Below, one piece after another: positions 46,551 to 55,976 of a stretch of DNA of 64,000 nucleotides. The notes beneath the pieces were generated by a model. The model searched no databases, was not told where the DNA came from, and saw only the letters and a program-made list of their open reading frames with translations. The position numbers and the translations under genes are program-made. Source of the stretch: a virus (lineage: Duplodnaviria; Caudoviricetes); IMG/VR virus record IMGVR_UViG_3300037424_001256, positions 1 through 64,000 of that record; one strand, written 5' to 3'. Every line of letters begins with the position of its first letter. Positions within the stretch are counted from its first letter, which is position 1.

Positions 46551-47513
46551 TTGAAAAAAGAGGAGGACAGGGGCAATCCTTTGGGGGGAGATGCCCACTT
46601 ATTTATGAATAGAAGCGAGACTATAGACACTAGCAAGCCCATAGAAATATCTAATGTACCAGTAGAGTCACCGTTAGACTTAGAAAAAGTAACAAAAATA
46701 AAGAAAAACATATCAGAATTCAAGAGACATTCCGACAGTGTTATGATTTTGGGATTTGCGCCTGATAGTTTGAAATGGGCACCACTGGACGCTAGCAACA
46801 TCGATATATGGGCTCTGAACGAATTATACATGGATAAACCGAAAATTGCCGTTAGAGCTACTGCTTGGTTTCAGCTTCATGGTTACGAGCCTCCGGTAAT
46901 CAGAGATCCTAATCAAGTAAAAAGCCTATCATTTTTAAAATGCCCCGTTTTAATGTGGAGAAAACATCCAAATATTCCAAATTCTATTGAATATCCATTA
47001 CGGGAAGTATTAGAAGAATTTGATATATATGGTGATGATATGGCATTGGATCAACCTGATATCAGACAGAGAGCCTATTTTACTAACTCAATTTCATGGA
47101 TGATAGCCCTTGCGATCAAGATGGGTTACAAGGATATTCAGGTTTATGGTGTCAATATGGCACAGGATCAAGAGTTCCAACACCAAAGACCAAGTTGTGA
47201 GTTCTTCCTTGGGTGGGCTAGGGGGAAGGGTATCAAAATATACAAACCACCAGTCTCAGACTTGTTATTATCTACTTTCTTATACGGATACGATGATGCA
47301 TCATCGTATATGCAAAAATTGGAAGCAAGAAGGATAGAATTAATTGAGAGGGTTGAGGGAACTAGGAGACAAAGAATCCAGTTCCAAGAACAAAGCAATC
47401 AACAATTGCAAGCAGAACAGAATTTATTGGGTGCATTGCATGATGTGGAATACATTATGAGACTAGGTAATCCTCTTCAACCGGATAAATTCTCAAAACC
47501 TAAAGGGGGATGA
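46551..47513 (+). CDS. GT42/Maf-like (sialyltransferase-fold) glycosyltransferase candidate
   Basis: VMILGFAPDSL..DIWALNELY and FTNSISWMIALAIKMGYKDIQVYGVNM parallel CstII VIIAGNGPSL..DVFRCNQFY and ITSGVYMCAVAIALGYKEIYLSGIDF. Confidence 0.65.
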   Translation: MKKEEDRGNPLGGDAHLFMNRSETIDTSKPIEISNVPVESPLDLEKVTKIKKNISEFKRHSDSVMILGFAPDSLKWAPLDASNIDIWALNELYMDKPKIAVRATAWFQLHGYEPPVIRDPNQVKSLSFLKCPVLMWRKHPNIPNSIEYPLREVLEEFDIYGDDMALDQPDIRQRAYFTNSISWMIALAIKMGYKDIQVYGVNMAQDQEFQHQRPSCEFFLGWARGKGIKIYKPPVSDLLLSTFLYGYDDASSYMQKLEARRIELIERVEGTRRQRIQFQEQSNQQLQAEQNLLGALHDVEYIMRLGNPLQPDKFSKPKGG

Positions 47514-47522
47514 TCCACTAAC

Positions 47523-47780
47523 ATGAGTAGTGATTTATTTTATCTTGTCTTAAGGGATGGATATAGATTCAATGATCTTATCCTTAAGGCTGGATCAATT
47601 TATACATCGGAAGATTTTGAAGAAGTTCATGAACAAAGAAAGATTGTCCTTGTTCTTGGGAGAATCATTTATCGTGGATCTGAAGAAGATGTAAAAGATA
47701 AGAGAAATAAAATTTTCGGAATCACTGATAGCGGTGAAGATTTAACTAAGAGAGAATATAAAAAGAAAACGACTAAGTAA
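47523..47780 (+). CDS. hypothetical protein
   Basis: 85-aa ORF in the head-neck region. Confidence 0.55.
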   Translation: MSSDLFYLVLRDGYRFNDLILKAGSIYTSEDFEEVHEQRKIVLVLGRIIYRGSEEDVKDKRNKIFGITDSGEDLTKREYKKKTTK

Positions 47781-47802
47781 GGTCGTTTTCTTTTTTTGGG
47801 AG

Positions 47803-48264
47803 TTGATCCAAAATATGGTCTGGAGCTATGATGGAAATCCCGGAGATAACCCCAAGGATGAGGTGCGCTTTCTTCTCGGAGATACTGATTCAGCAGATCA
47901 ACTCTTGAGTGACGAAGAGATTTATTACTTGCTCACCTATTGGCCTAATCCTATTGCTTCTGCCGCCATGGGAGCAGAAAGACTTGCCACTCAATTCGCT
48001 AGAGATGCATCAACTAAAGCGGTAGGAGACTTAAAAATTACCCTCACTGAGAAAGGTAGGTCTTTTAGCGCTCAGGCATCGAGACTTTGGATCTTATCAA
48101 GACAATATAGAGGAAGACCACAATGTTATGCTGGTGGAATTTCTAAGGCCGATAGGCAAAACCAACTCAATAATAGTGATAGGGTACCACCTGATTTCTA
48201 TAGGCATATGAATGACTTACCGGGCACAGGAACAGAGTTAGGATCTTCCTTTGGGTCAAGTTAG
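47803..48264 (+). CDS. head-tail adaptor/connector
   Basis: DEVRFLLGDTD..LLSDEEI; ends SSFGSS. Confidence 0.75.
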   Translation: MIQNMVWSYDGNPGDNPKDEVRFLLGDTDSADQLLSDEEIYYLLTYWPNPIASAAMGAERLATQFARDASTKAVGDLKITLTEKGRSFSAQASRLWILSRQYRGRPQCYAGGISKADRQNQLNNSDRVPPDFYRHMNDLPGTGTELGSSFGSS

Positions 48265-48277
48265 GGGTTGATTTTAA

Positions 48278-48616
48278 ATGTTTGAAACAGAATTTTTGGA
48301 ATTTATGCGAGAGACAATAATTGTAAATCGATTATCGGGATATACGGACTATGGAACTCCAACTCACTCAACTGCTTCAACTAGCTTTAGTTGTAGGATA
48401 GTTAGGGTGCATGAGAGTTTTACAGAAAGTAATGGCGCAGAAAGCCTTATTGAGTCTTTTGTATATGTTGCCTCTACTGGAACATTTGATCCCGAAGACA
48501 GATTTACGTTTCCAGATGGATCTAATCCAATCTTGAAAGTTGTAGATTCTTATCCCGACGAAGATGGCCCATGGCACCATAATAGGCTTAAATTTGGCAA
48601 GAGAGGTGATCTATAG
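48278..48616 (+). CDS. head closure protein
   Basis: Size, position and beta-rich pattern. Confidence 0.6.
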   Translation: MFETEFLEFMRETIIVNRLSGYTDYGTPTHSTASTSFSCRIVRVHESFTESNGAESLIESFVYVASTGTFDPEDRFTFPDGSNPILKVVDSYPDEDGPWHHNRLKFGKRGDL

Positions 48617-49015
48617 TTGGCTAACGAAGGAATTGTTATCACTGGACTTACTGAAGCTCTTGCTACGCTTGGGAAACTAGGTGGTGGTTTGCTGTCTGTT
48701 ATCTCTGAAACTATAGATGAGGAACATGAAAAGATTATGGTATTAGCAAAAGAACGGACACCCGTGGACACCGGAGCGCTAAGAGCATCTGGTCATGTCA
48801 TTCCAGCTAAAATTTCTGGCAATATGGTTAAGAGTGTTGGCGAATTCGGCGGTGAATCAGCACCATATGCATTAATTGTTCACGAAGATCTTACCAAGCA
48901 TCATCCAATTGGGAGAGCAAAATTTTATGAATCAGCTATGCAGGAAAAAACACCAAATGTTGGACCTGCAGTAAGGGATGCTATTTACGATTATTTTAAA
49001 TCCATATCTATTTAA
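48617..49015 (+). CDS. HK97 gp10-family neck protein
   Basis: TPVDTGALRAS, YALIVHE, AKFYE. Confidence 0.8.
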   Translation: MANEGIVITGLTEALATLGKLGGGLLSVISETIDEEHEKIMVLAKERTPVDTGALRASGHVIPAKISGNMVKSVGEFGGESAPYALIVHEDLTKHHPIGRAKFYESAMQEKTPNVGPAVRDAIYDYFKSISI

Positions 49016-49030
49016 AAGTTGGTGCTTTAA

Positions 49031-49447
49031 ATGATATTAGATGAAGTTGCTAAGTATCTCCAAACTAGCGGTGTTGGAACAATCGGTACAAATATTTTTA
49101 AATCATATGGTACCAATCTCCCTAATACTTCCCTCTTCATTTACGAAACAGGAGGATTTAGACCGCAAGATACTTTCGGGTCAACATGTCAAGCTGCGTG
49201 GGAAAATCCAAACATTCAGATTGTATCAAGGTCAACAAATTACGTAACTGCAAGAAGGACCGCAGAAAATGCTTATAGGGCTCTTATTAACGTAGTGAAT
49301 GAAACTTTACAAACATCAAGTTCCGATACGGGGAGTTTTTATCTCAGAATATTCGCTAATCAATCTCCATTCAGGCTTGGTGTTGATGAAAACGACAGAC
49401 ATCAAATAGCTTGTAATTTCGGGGTGATGAAGACATTTTCAACTTAA
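49031..49447 (+). CDS. tail terminator / minor capsid-type protein
   Basis: ETGGFRP, QIVSRS, QSPFRLGVDENDR..NF. Confidence 0.7.
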   Translation: MILDEVAKYLQTSGVGTIGTNIFKSYGTNLPNTSLFIYETGGFRPQDTFGSTCQAAWENPNIQIVSRSTNYVTARRTAENAYRALINVVNETLQTSSSDTGSFYLRIFANQSPFRLGVDENDRHQIACNFGVMKTFST

Positions 49448-49465
49448 GAAAGGAGGGAGGATATA

Positions 49466-50173
49466 TTGACTGGAACTCATGGTAAACATGCCCGGACTTA
49501 TATTAACGGGTTTGATCTAAGCTCATATCTGAATAGTTTTGGTGTAGCACAAACAGCCGATACCGTAGAGACAAGCGCATTTAGTTCCAGTGATAAAACC
49601 TACGTAGTTGGCTTAAGGGATGCTACTGTTTCCGCAGAAGGTTTTTTTGCAGGAAGTACAGTCCAGACTGATTATGTATTTAACCAAGTTCTAGGATCTA
49701 CTGTTATTTGGTCATACTATCCTGCTGGCCCAGCACTAAGTAACGCTGGATATGGAGTTAAATCAATTGAAACAGCATACGAAATAACAAGTCCAATTGA
49801 TGGCGTTGTTTCTATATCTGTTGAGGGTCAGGCTATCCTTGGTGCAGATAGAATATTATCGCATCATGACCTAATATCTGAATCAACAACCGGGAACGAG
49901 ACATCTATTGATGCTACAGCTGCCAGTTCAAGGGGAGCTACGGGCTATTTACAGATAACAGGTATTACAGGTGGAATAACTGCAACTATACGTATTCAAG
50001 ATTCGTCTGCTGGAAGTACATTCGCCGATCTAATTTCATTTACTGCTTCTACAGGAATAACTGCCGAGAGATCCATATCATCAAGTGGGACAATAAAGCG
50101 TTTTACTAGGGCAGCGTGGACGCTTTCCGCTGCTGGAACAGTTACATTTAACGTTGGGATGAAGAGAAAATAA
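49466..50173 (+). CDS. tail tube-like protein with C-terminal extra domain
   Basis: HGK..VETSAF..YVVGLRDATVS, paralogous to 50193-50606. Confidence 0.65.
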   Translation: MTGTHGKHARTYINGFDLSSYLNSFGVAQTADTVETSAFSSSDKTYVVGLRDATVSAEGFFAGSTVQTDYVFNQVLGSTVIWSYYPAGPALSNAGYGVKSIETAYEITSPIDGVVSISVEGQAILGADRILSHHDLISESTTGNETSIDATAASSRGATGYLQITGITGGITATIRIQDSSAGSTFADLISFTASTGITAERSISSSGTIKRFTRAAWTLSAAGTVTFNVGMKRK

Positions 50174-50192
50174 TTGGAAGGAGTTGTTTTAA

Positions 50193-50606
50193 TTGGCAGT
50201 TCATGGCAAGTCAGCTGGATTCTCAATAACAGATACTGGCGGAACTCCCAGATTATTGAATTGTTGGATCACAAGTGTTTCGTTTCCAAGAACTAATGAT
50301 ACCGTAGAAGTTTCAAATTTCTGTAGTTCTGCAAAGGAATATGTTGCGGGACTTAGGGATGCAACTATATCAATTGAAGGTATCTGGGCAACTACACCGG
50401 ATAAATACCTGAGTGGAATCCTTGGTACTTCTGCAGCGTTCATTTATTATCCGGGTACTACTGCACCTGTAGCTGGAAAATATGCTAAATATACTGGTAC
50501 TTGTTTTGAAACCGCATACGAAGTCCCAACTGCGATTGACGCAGCAGCCACCTTCAGTGCAGAATTCCAAGTAAGCGGTCTGGTCAGCCGTAGTACCTCA
50601 GCATAA
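50193..50606 (+). CDS. major tail tube protein
   Basis: HGKS..VEVSNF..YVAGLRDATIS..FSAEFQVSG. Confidence 0.75.
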   Translation: MAVHGKSAGFSITDTGGTPRLLNCWITSVSFPRTNDTVEVSNFCSSAKEYVAGLRDATISIEGIWATTPDKYLSGILGTSAAFIYYPGTTAPVAGKYAKYTGTCFETAYEVPTAIDAAATFSAEFQVSGLVSRSTSA

Positions 50607-50636
50607 TTATCAAAAAATTAGTGGGGGGAAATATTT

Positions 50637-50993
50637 ATGACAAAGTCTAAAAGGAGATTATCAACGGATGATATTCTCAAGTCCACCGGACTAATTGAGA
50701 AGGAAGTTGAAGTTGAGCAATGGGGTGGATCAGTAATGATCCGGGAATTCAGTAAAGGTAGGCAACAACAGATTAGGAAAGAAGCAAGCGTTAGCGATGA
50801 GATAGACGTTGATAAATTAGAGCTTTTAATGTTTATTCATGGCGTTATTGATCCTGTTTTTTCTGAACAGGATTATTATGCGCTCAGAGAAAAATCTGCA
50901 ATGGCAATCGACAAGGTTCTTAAGGAAATTATGGCTATATCAGGTCTGGGTGAAAAGGATATTAAAGAAGCTGAGAAAAAATTTCGCACTTGA
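50637..50993 (+). CDS. tail assembly chaperone
   Basis: EVEVEQWGGSVMIRE; between tube and tape measure genes. Confidence 0.75.
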   Translation: MTKSKRRLSTDDILKSTGLIEKEVEVEQWGGSVMIREFSKGRQQQIRKEASVSDEIDVDKLELLMFIHGVIDPVFSEQDYYALREKSAMAIDKVLKEIMAISGLGEKDIKEAEKKFRT

Positions 50994-51159
50994 TGGAGAT
51001 TTTAGATTCCAATTCATATTGGCTAAAGATCTAGGTAAGACAGTTAATGAAATAAGACAAATGGGAACGGTTGAGTTTTATCAATGGATGGCCTTTTATT
51101 CTTATCAAGAAAAAATGAGGAAAGCTGAAGAAAATAAAGCAAAATCAAAAAGAAGATAA
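50983..51159 (+). CDS. frameshift extension of the tail chaperone (GT-like)
   Basis: Overlapping +1 frame FALDGDFRFQFILAKDLGKTVNEI..EFYQWMAFY with no own RBS. Confidence 0.55.
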   Translation, partial: FALDGDFRFQFILAKDLGKTVNEIRQMGTVEFYQWMAFYSYQEKMRKAEENKAKSKRR

Positions 51160-51182
51160 ACTCTGTAAGGGCTTATCTTCTT

Positions 51183-54014
51183 TTGTATTTTCCTTATCCA
51201 GATGAGACTGGAGGTGAAATGATGGCAATAACTATTGCAGATATTCAGATATTAATTGGGGGAAATACTGCTGGTTTACAGAGTAGCTTGAGTGACGCGG
51301 AGCGTCGAATGCTTGTCTTTAGGGCTAATGCTTTAATTGTTGGGAGTGCGTTGCAACAAAATGTAACAGCACCAATTGTAGCAATGGGAAAAGCTGCCCT
51401 CAAGGCTGGAATTGAATTTGATGAATCAATGACTAGTATTAAAGCTGTAACTGGGGCTACTTCTGAAGAGATGGAGTTTCTTTCTGATACAGCAAAAGCA
51501 ATGTCCAAGAATACGATATTCTCATCTAAGGAAGCTGCTGATGGAATGTTGGAACTTTTAAAGGCTGGTGTTAAAACAAAAGATGTTACCTTTGCCTTAA
51601 AGGGAGTCTTGGATTTAGCTGCTGCAGGAGAAATAAGTTTATCTGATGCAGCTATTGTGGCAAGTACCTCAATGAATGCATTCAAGAAGGATATGCTGAC
51701 TACTTCCGATGTAGCGAATATTCTTGCTGGAACCGCTAAGGCTTCGACAACAGATGTTCATGGTCTTAGGCTAGGACTGTCACAGGCATCGGCTGTAGCA
51801 GCAGGGCTAGGGTTGACGTTCGAAGATACTGCTACGGCTCTAGGTTTGTTCGCGAACAATGGCCTTAGGGGCTCGGATGCTGGTACATCCTTGAAAACAA
51901 TGTTATTGAATTTGCAACCAACGACTAAAAAACAAAAGGAATTATTTCAAGAATTAGGATTAACTACGGCAGATGGTACTAATGCCTTTTTCGATCAAAC
52001 TGGTAAAATTAAGAATTTAGCTGGTATTGCTAGTACGCTTGAGGGCGCTCTTGCAGGAATGACTGATGCACAGAGATTAGCTACCTTGGAAGCATTATTT
52101 GGAACAGATGCTATCAGAGCTGGAAATATTATTTTTAAAGAGGGAGAAAAAGGAGTAACCGCATTTAAGTTGGCAATTGGAAATGTAACTGCAGAAGAAG
52201 TAGCAAAGACGAAGACTGAAGCTCTAGGTGCCCAGATAAAGATGCTCAAAAATGATATAGAACGTGTTGGAATTTCAGTGACAGAACAATTTGCAACCCC
52301 ACTTAAGTTTTTAGTGACGGTTATGAAGGATGTCATTTCATGGTTTGATAAATTAAATCCTAATGTAAAGGGATTTATTGTTATTGTGCTTGGGATTATG
52401 GCAGCCGTTGGTCCTATATTAGTAGGGCTAGCTGGATTATCTGTAGTATTAGCAGCTTTAGTTCCAGTGGCAACTTTTGTTGGAACATCCGTGGCGGGAT
52501 TAATAGCAGGATTTTTATTAATACCAATAGCGATCGCAGCTGTAATAGCCATTGGTATATCTCTATATAAGAATTGGGATCTAATAAAGACAAATGCATC
52601 AAGAGATTGGAAAGAAATAACAGATTTAATTTTGAATTTTTGCTATTCTGTAGACACAGCAATTAATAATTTCATCAAAGCCGTAGTAAAGTATTTCAGT
52701 GATGGATGGTCTAGTGTAAAAACTAAAACTTCTGCATTCATGAGTAGCATCGGTACATTTTTTACTGATGGATGGTCAAGTATAAAGACAATGACATTGA
52801 CTTTCGTAAATGATGTTGTTTCGGCATTTAAGGATGGATGGAACAATATGAAGAAATCTGTTTCAGATGGATGGGAAAATATAAAGAATACTATTAAGGA
52901 ATTTATTCCAAAGATTGATGATATTATTATGGAATTTTTAATGAAGCTTGCTTATGATTTTGGCTTTGCACTTGGTACAATAGTTAAGTATTTCATAGAT
53001 TTGCCGGGAAAAATAATTGGTGCAGTAATAAGCTTAAGGGATAAAGTTATTGGTGGTTGGGAAGAAATTAAGGATTTCGTTATTAATGAAGTCCCCAAAA
53101 TGATTAATAGCGTTATAACATTCTTTAAGGAATTACCGGGGAATGTATCTAATGCAATGCAAGCTGTATGGCAAGCCATATCAGATAAATGGTCAGAAAT
53201 AAAGGCAAATACCTTAGCGTGGTTAGGAATTATATGGCAAGCCATATCAGATAAATGGCGTGATGTAGCTGTAAATACTGATGCATGGTGGGCGAGCATC
53301 GTGGAAAGAGTAGGGAATTGGCTTAGGTCATTGCCCGGAAAGGCAAGTACGTGGTTACAACAAACTTGGCAATCAGTTTCAGATAAATGGCGTGATATAG
53401 CCGTAAATACTGATGCATGGTGGGATAGTATCGTTAATAGAGCTGGTAGTTGGCTTAAAACATTACCGGGAAGAGTGGGTGAATGGTTAGCAAGTTTACC
53501 GGGTAAATTTACTGACATATGGGAAGGTATATTTAGGTATATATCTGGCTTGTACAACGCCTTTTATAATGTAGCAGCTAATTTAGGTGGAGCATTCTGG
53601 GCAGGTTTTAAAAGGGCAATTGGGTATAGCTCACCTTCATACATGGAACGTGCATTTATGGCTATGGCAGATCAGGCCAAGACTACTTCCAGAGATATAA
53701 CAGCACTTATACCTTCTTTCGTTAGAGCTGGTAAGGGAATTTCAAGTGCTTTCACAACGCCAGAAATGGGAATGATGGGTTCACCAGCATATGGAGGATC
53801 TGGAACTGGATCAATGGGTCTTAGTGTTCCAATTTCCCCAATGGGAACTTCTCCGGTGACAACGCCAGAAACAAATGAAGGAGAAGGATCATGGGGAGGG
53901 TTAAATGTTTCTGTTGGTCAGATGGTTGTCAGGGAAGAGGTAGATATTTTAAAAGTAGCACAACAGTTATATAGACTACAAAAAGATAGAACTAGGGGAA
54001 GGGGGTCGCGCTAA
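51183..54014 (+). CDS. tape measure protein (TP901 family core; likely start 51219-51222)
   Basis: EFDESM, FSSKEAADGM, GLRGSDAGTSLKTM, LFGTDA; Trp-periodic repeats. Confidence 0.92.
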   Translation: MYFPYPDETGGEMMAITIADIQILIGGNTAGLQSSLSDAERRMLVFRANALIVGSALQQNVTAPIVAMGKAALKAGIEFDESMTSIKAVTGATSEEMEFLSDTAKAMSKNTIFSSKEAADGMLELLKAGVKTKDVTFALKGVLDLAAAGEISLSDAAIVASTSMNAFKKDMLTTSDVANILAGTAKASTTDVHGLRLGLSQASAVAAGLGLTFEDTATALGLFANNGLRGSDAGTSLKTMLLNLQPTTKKQKELFQELGLTTADGTNAFFDQTGKIKNLAGIASTLEGALAGMTDAQRLATLEALFGTDAIRAGNIIFKEGEKGVTAFKLAIGNVTAEEVAKTKTEALGAQIKMLKNDIERVGISVTEQFATPLKFLVTVMKDVISWFDKLNPNVKGFIVIVLGIMAAVGPILVGLAGLSVVLAALVPVATFVGTSVAGLIAGFLLIPIAIAAVIAIGISLYKNWDLIKTNASRDWKEITDLILNFCYSVDTAINNFIKAVVKYFSDGWSSVKTKTSAFMSSIGTFFTDGWSSIKTMTLTFVNDVVSAFKDGWNNMKKSVSDGWENIKNTIKEFIPKIDDIIMEFLMKLAYDFGFALGTIVKYFIDLPGKIIGAVISLRDKVIGGWEEIKDFVINEVPKMINSVITFFKELPGNVSNAMQAVWQAISDKWSEIKANTLAWLGIIWQAISDKWRDVAVNTDAWWASIVERVGNWLRSLPGKASTWLQQTWQSVSDKWRDIAVNTDAWWDSIVNRAGSWLKTLPGRVGEWLASLPGKFTDIWEGIFRYISGLYNAFYNVAANLGGAFWAGFKRAIGYSSPSYMERAFMAMADQAKTTSRDITALIPSFVRAGKGISSAFTTPEMGMMGSPAYGGSGTGSMGLSVPISPMGTSPVTTPETNEGEGSWGGLNVSVGQMVVREEVDILKVAQQLYRLQKDRTRGRGSR

Positions 54015-55976
54015 ATGGCAGAATGCTCATTTATTTATGGTGGTGTAAGGTCTGAATTCAAGGGAATTATAGTTAATGATATTCGTCGAAGCGTTCTCCC
54101 TCCCATTAGTCCTAGAACAATAAATGTTCCAGATAGAGATGGTATTTATTTCTTTAAGACAGATTTTAAGGAAAGAATTATTGAGGTGGATATTACCTTA
54201 GTGGAAACATCTAAAGAAGCTCTTAGGTCTAGGATCGAGAATATTAGTATCTATTTAGATCCTAGAAATGGAGTTCAATCCTTGGTTTTCGATGATGAAT
54301 TAGATAGGACATACTATGCAGTTTTGTCAAATGAGACAAATTTTCCTCAATTAAAAGCGTGGGGTAAGACAACGTTAGTATTTCTGGTTCCAGATGGATT
54401 TTCATATTCAACTTTACCAGTTATTCAAAATATAAACGCAGCTCAAGATGCAATATTTTCACGAAGTTCAGATGCCTATGAATCAGATGGCACATTAGTT
54501 GGTCCCAATATTCCAAGATATGAAAGTGGCGTATTTGGTACTGCTATTCAAATAGAAGAAGGTACTACGAATATGCTTACTGCTAATCAAAGTAGTATTG
54601 AAACAGATACAGTGGGATTTACTGCGACTACTGGAGCTACAATAGGGCAAGAATTTACCTATGCCCACGTTGGAATAGCTGGACTAGTTATTGTAACGCA
54701 AGGTCAAACGGTAGAGGAAGGCGTAGCACTAACATTCGTCGCTGCTGCTGCAACAACAACCTATACCTATAGTGTTTATCTAATTGGAAGCGGTAAAGTA
54801 AAACTTAATATTGAGGAACAAACAGGAGTTGGAGTATTTATAACTGATACTGATTCAGCAGAGATAACTCTATCATTTGATGAATTTGTAAGATATTCTC
54901 TGACTATAACGACAACTGGGACAACTGGAAGATTAGTACCTAAAATATTGACATCGGTTCAAATTTTTGCTCAAGTATATGCTGATGCTTTCCAAGTTGA
55001 GGCAAAAGCATACGCAACAAGTTGGCACTTAGGAGGAGCTTCTAGGGGTGACGAGCTTTTAAAAATAGCTACGAATACTAGGTTATTTGGACAACAAGGC
55101 ACATTGGATTTCTTCTTCAAGAAAACTGGCAGAGCTGGTGATTTTGGTGGAATGTTTGATTGGGGAACATTTTCAGCAGGATCTACAAGGGACAGAATTG
55201 CAATTATACATGGTGCATCTGTTGGATCAGGAGAGGATGATATTCAATTTACTATTGTTAATTCATCTCAAACACAGTCAAAAACGATTACTGTTAGCCT
55301 TACAACTGATTTAGTAGTTGGAAGAGACTATTATTTAGCCGCTAGATGGTATCTTGATGGTTCAGTAAATGGAAAAATGATTTTAACCCTTGCTGATTTA
55401 GTGACAAATGAGGAATTTAAGACCATTTCTAGCGCTACTATAAATCCTCCAACAATGACAGGATTTAGTACAGCATTTCTTGGCAGTTTGAGAAATGGAA
55501 ATTATTGGTCAAATTGTCGCTACGATAGTTTTAGAATGTCCATTGTAATACGAAGCTCATCGGATATCACGGATTCATGGGAATTCAGAAGACCATTAAT
55601 CAAAGATCCAAAATCATCGGTTAAATATTCATTTGCAGAAACCTTAGCAGGAACATTGATTACAAATCTTGGTACGGCACCAGCAGATCCTACGATTACA
55701 TTAACCTTTATTAACCCAACTACAGATCCAATCATTACGCAATATAAAGCTGGATCTACAGAGGTTCAGGCATTACAGGTTACAGGATCTTTTTCTTCCG
55801 GTGATCAAGTTGTTATCAATTCAGATATAAGAAAAGTCACATTTAATGGTGCCGTTATTAATAATCAAGTTACTTTAGCTAGTGAATTCCCCGTTTTATC
55901 AGGAGATCATTTTTATACTTTTGCACCAACAACGACCACCAATATTGACGTAAATTATGTTCCGAGGTGGCTATAG
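54015..55976 (+). CDS. evolved distal tail protein (Dit) with inserted CBM/LamG-like domains
   Basis: Dit N-term (VPDRDG, LVFDDELDRTYYA, FLVPDG) and C-term (INSDIRKVTFNG..YVPRWL) flank a ~400-aa insert. Confidence 0.82.
   Translation: MAECSFIYGGVRSEFKGIIVNDIRRSVLPPISPRTINVPDRDGIYFFKTDFKERIIEVDITLVETSKEALRSRIENISIYLDPRNGVQSLVFDDELDRTYYAVLSNETNFPQLKAWGKTTLVFLVPDGFSYSTLPVIQNINAAQDAIFSRSSDAYESDGTLVGPNIPRYESGVFGTAIQIEEGTTNMLTANQSSIETDTVGFTATTGATIGQEFTYAHVGIAGLVIVTQGQTVEEGVALTFVAAAATTTYTYSVYLIGSGKVKLNIEEQTGVGVFITDTDSAEITLSFDEFVRYSLTITTTGTTGRLVPKILTSVQIFAQVYADAFQVEAKAYATSWHLGGASRGDELLKIATNTRLFGQQGTLDFFFKKTGRAGDFGGMFDWGTFSAGSTRDRIAIIHGASVGSGEDDIQFTIVNSSQTQSKTITVSLTTDLVVGRDYYLAARWYLDGSVNGKMILTLADLVTNEEFKTISSATINPPTMTGFSTAFLGSLRNGNYWSNCRYDSFRMSIVIRSSSDITDSWEFRRPLIKDPKSSVKYSFAETLAGTLITNLGTAPADPTITLTFINPTTDPIITQYKAGSTEVQALQVTGSFSSGDQVVINSDIRKVTFNGAVINNQVTLASEFPVLSGDHFYTFAPTTTTNIDVNYVPRWL

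Noticed and set aside
51245-53557. Long antisense ORFs opposite the tape measure gene (e.g. 51995-52552, 52952-53557) and other structural genes
   Set aside because: Typical shadow ORFs of Ala/Gly/Trp-repeat coding sequence, with no RBS or motifs.
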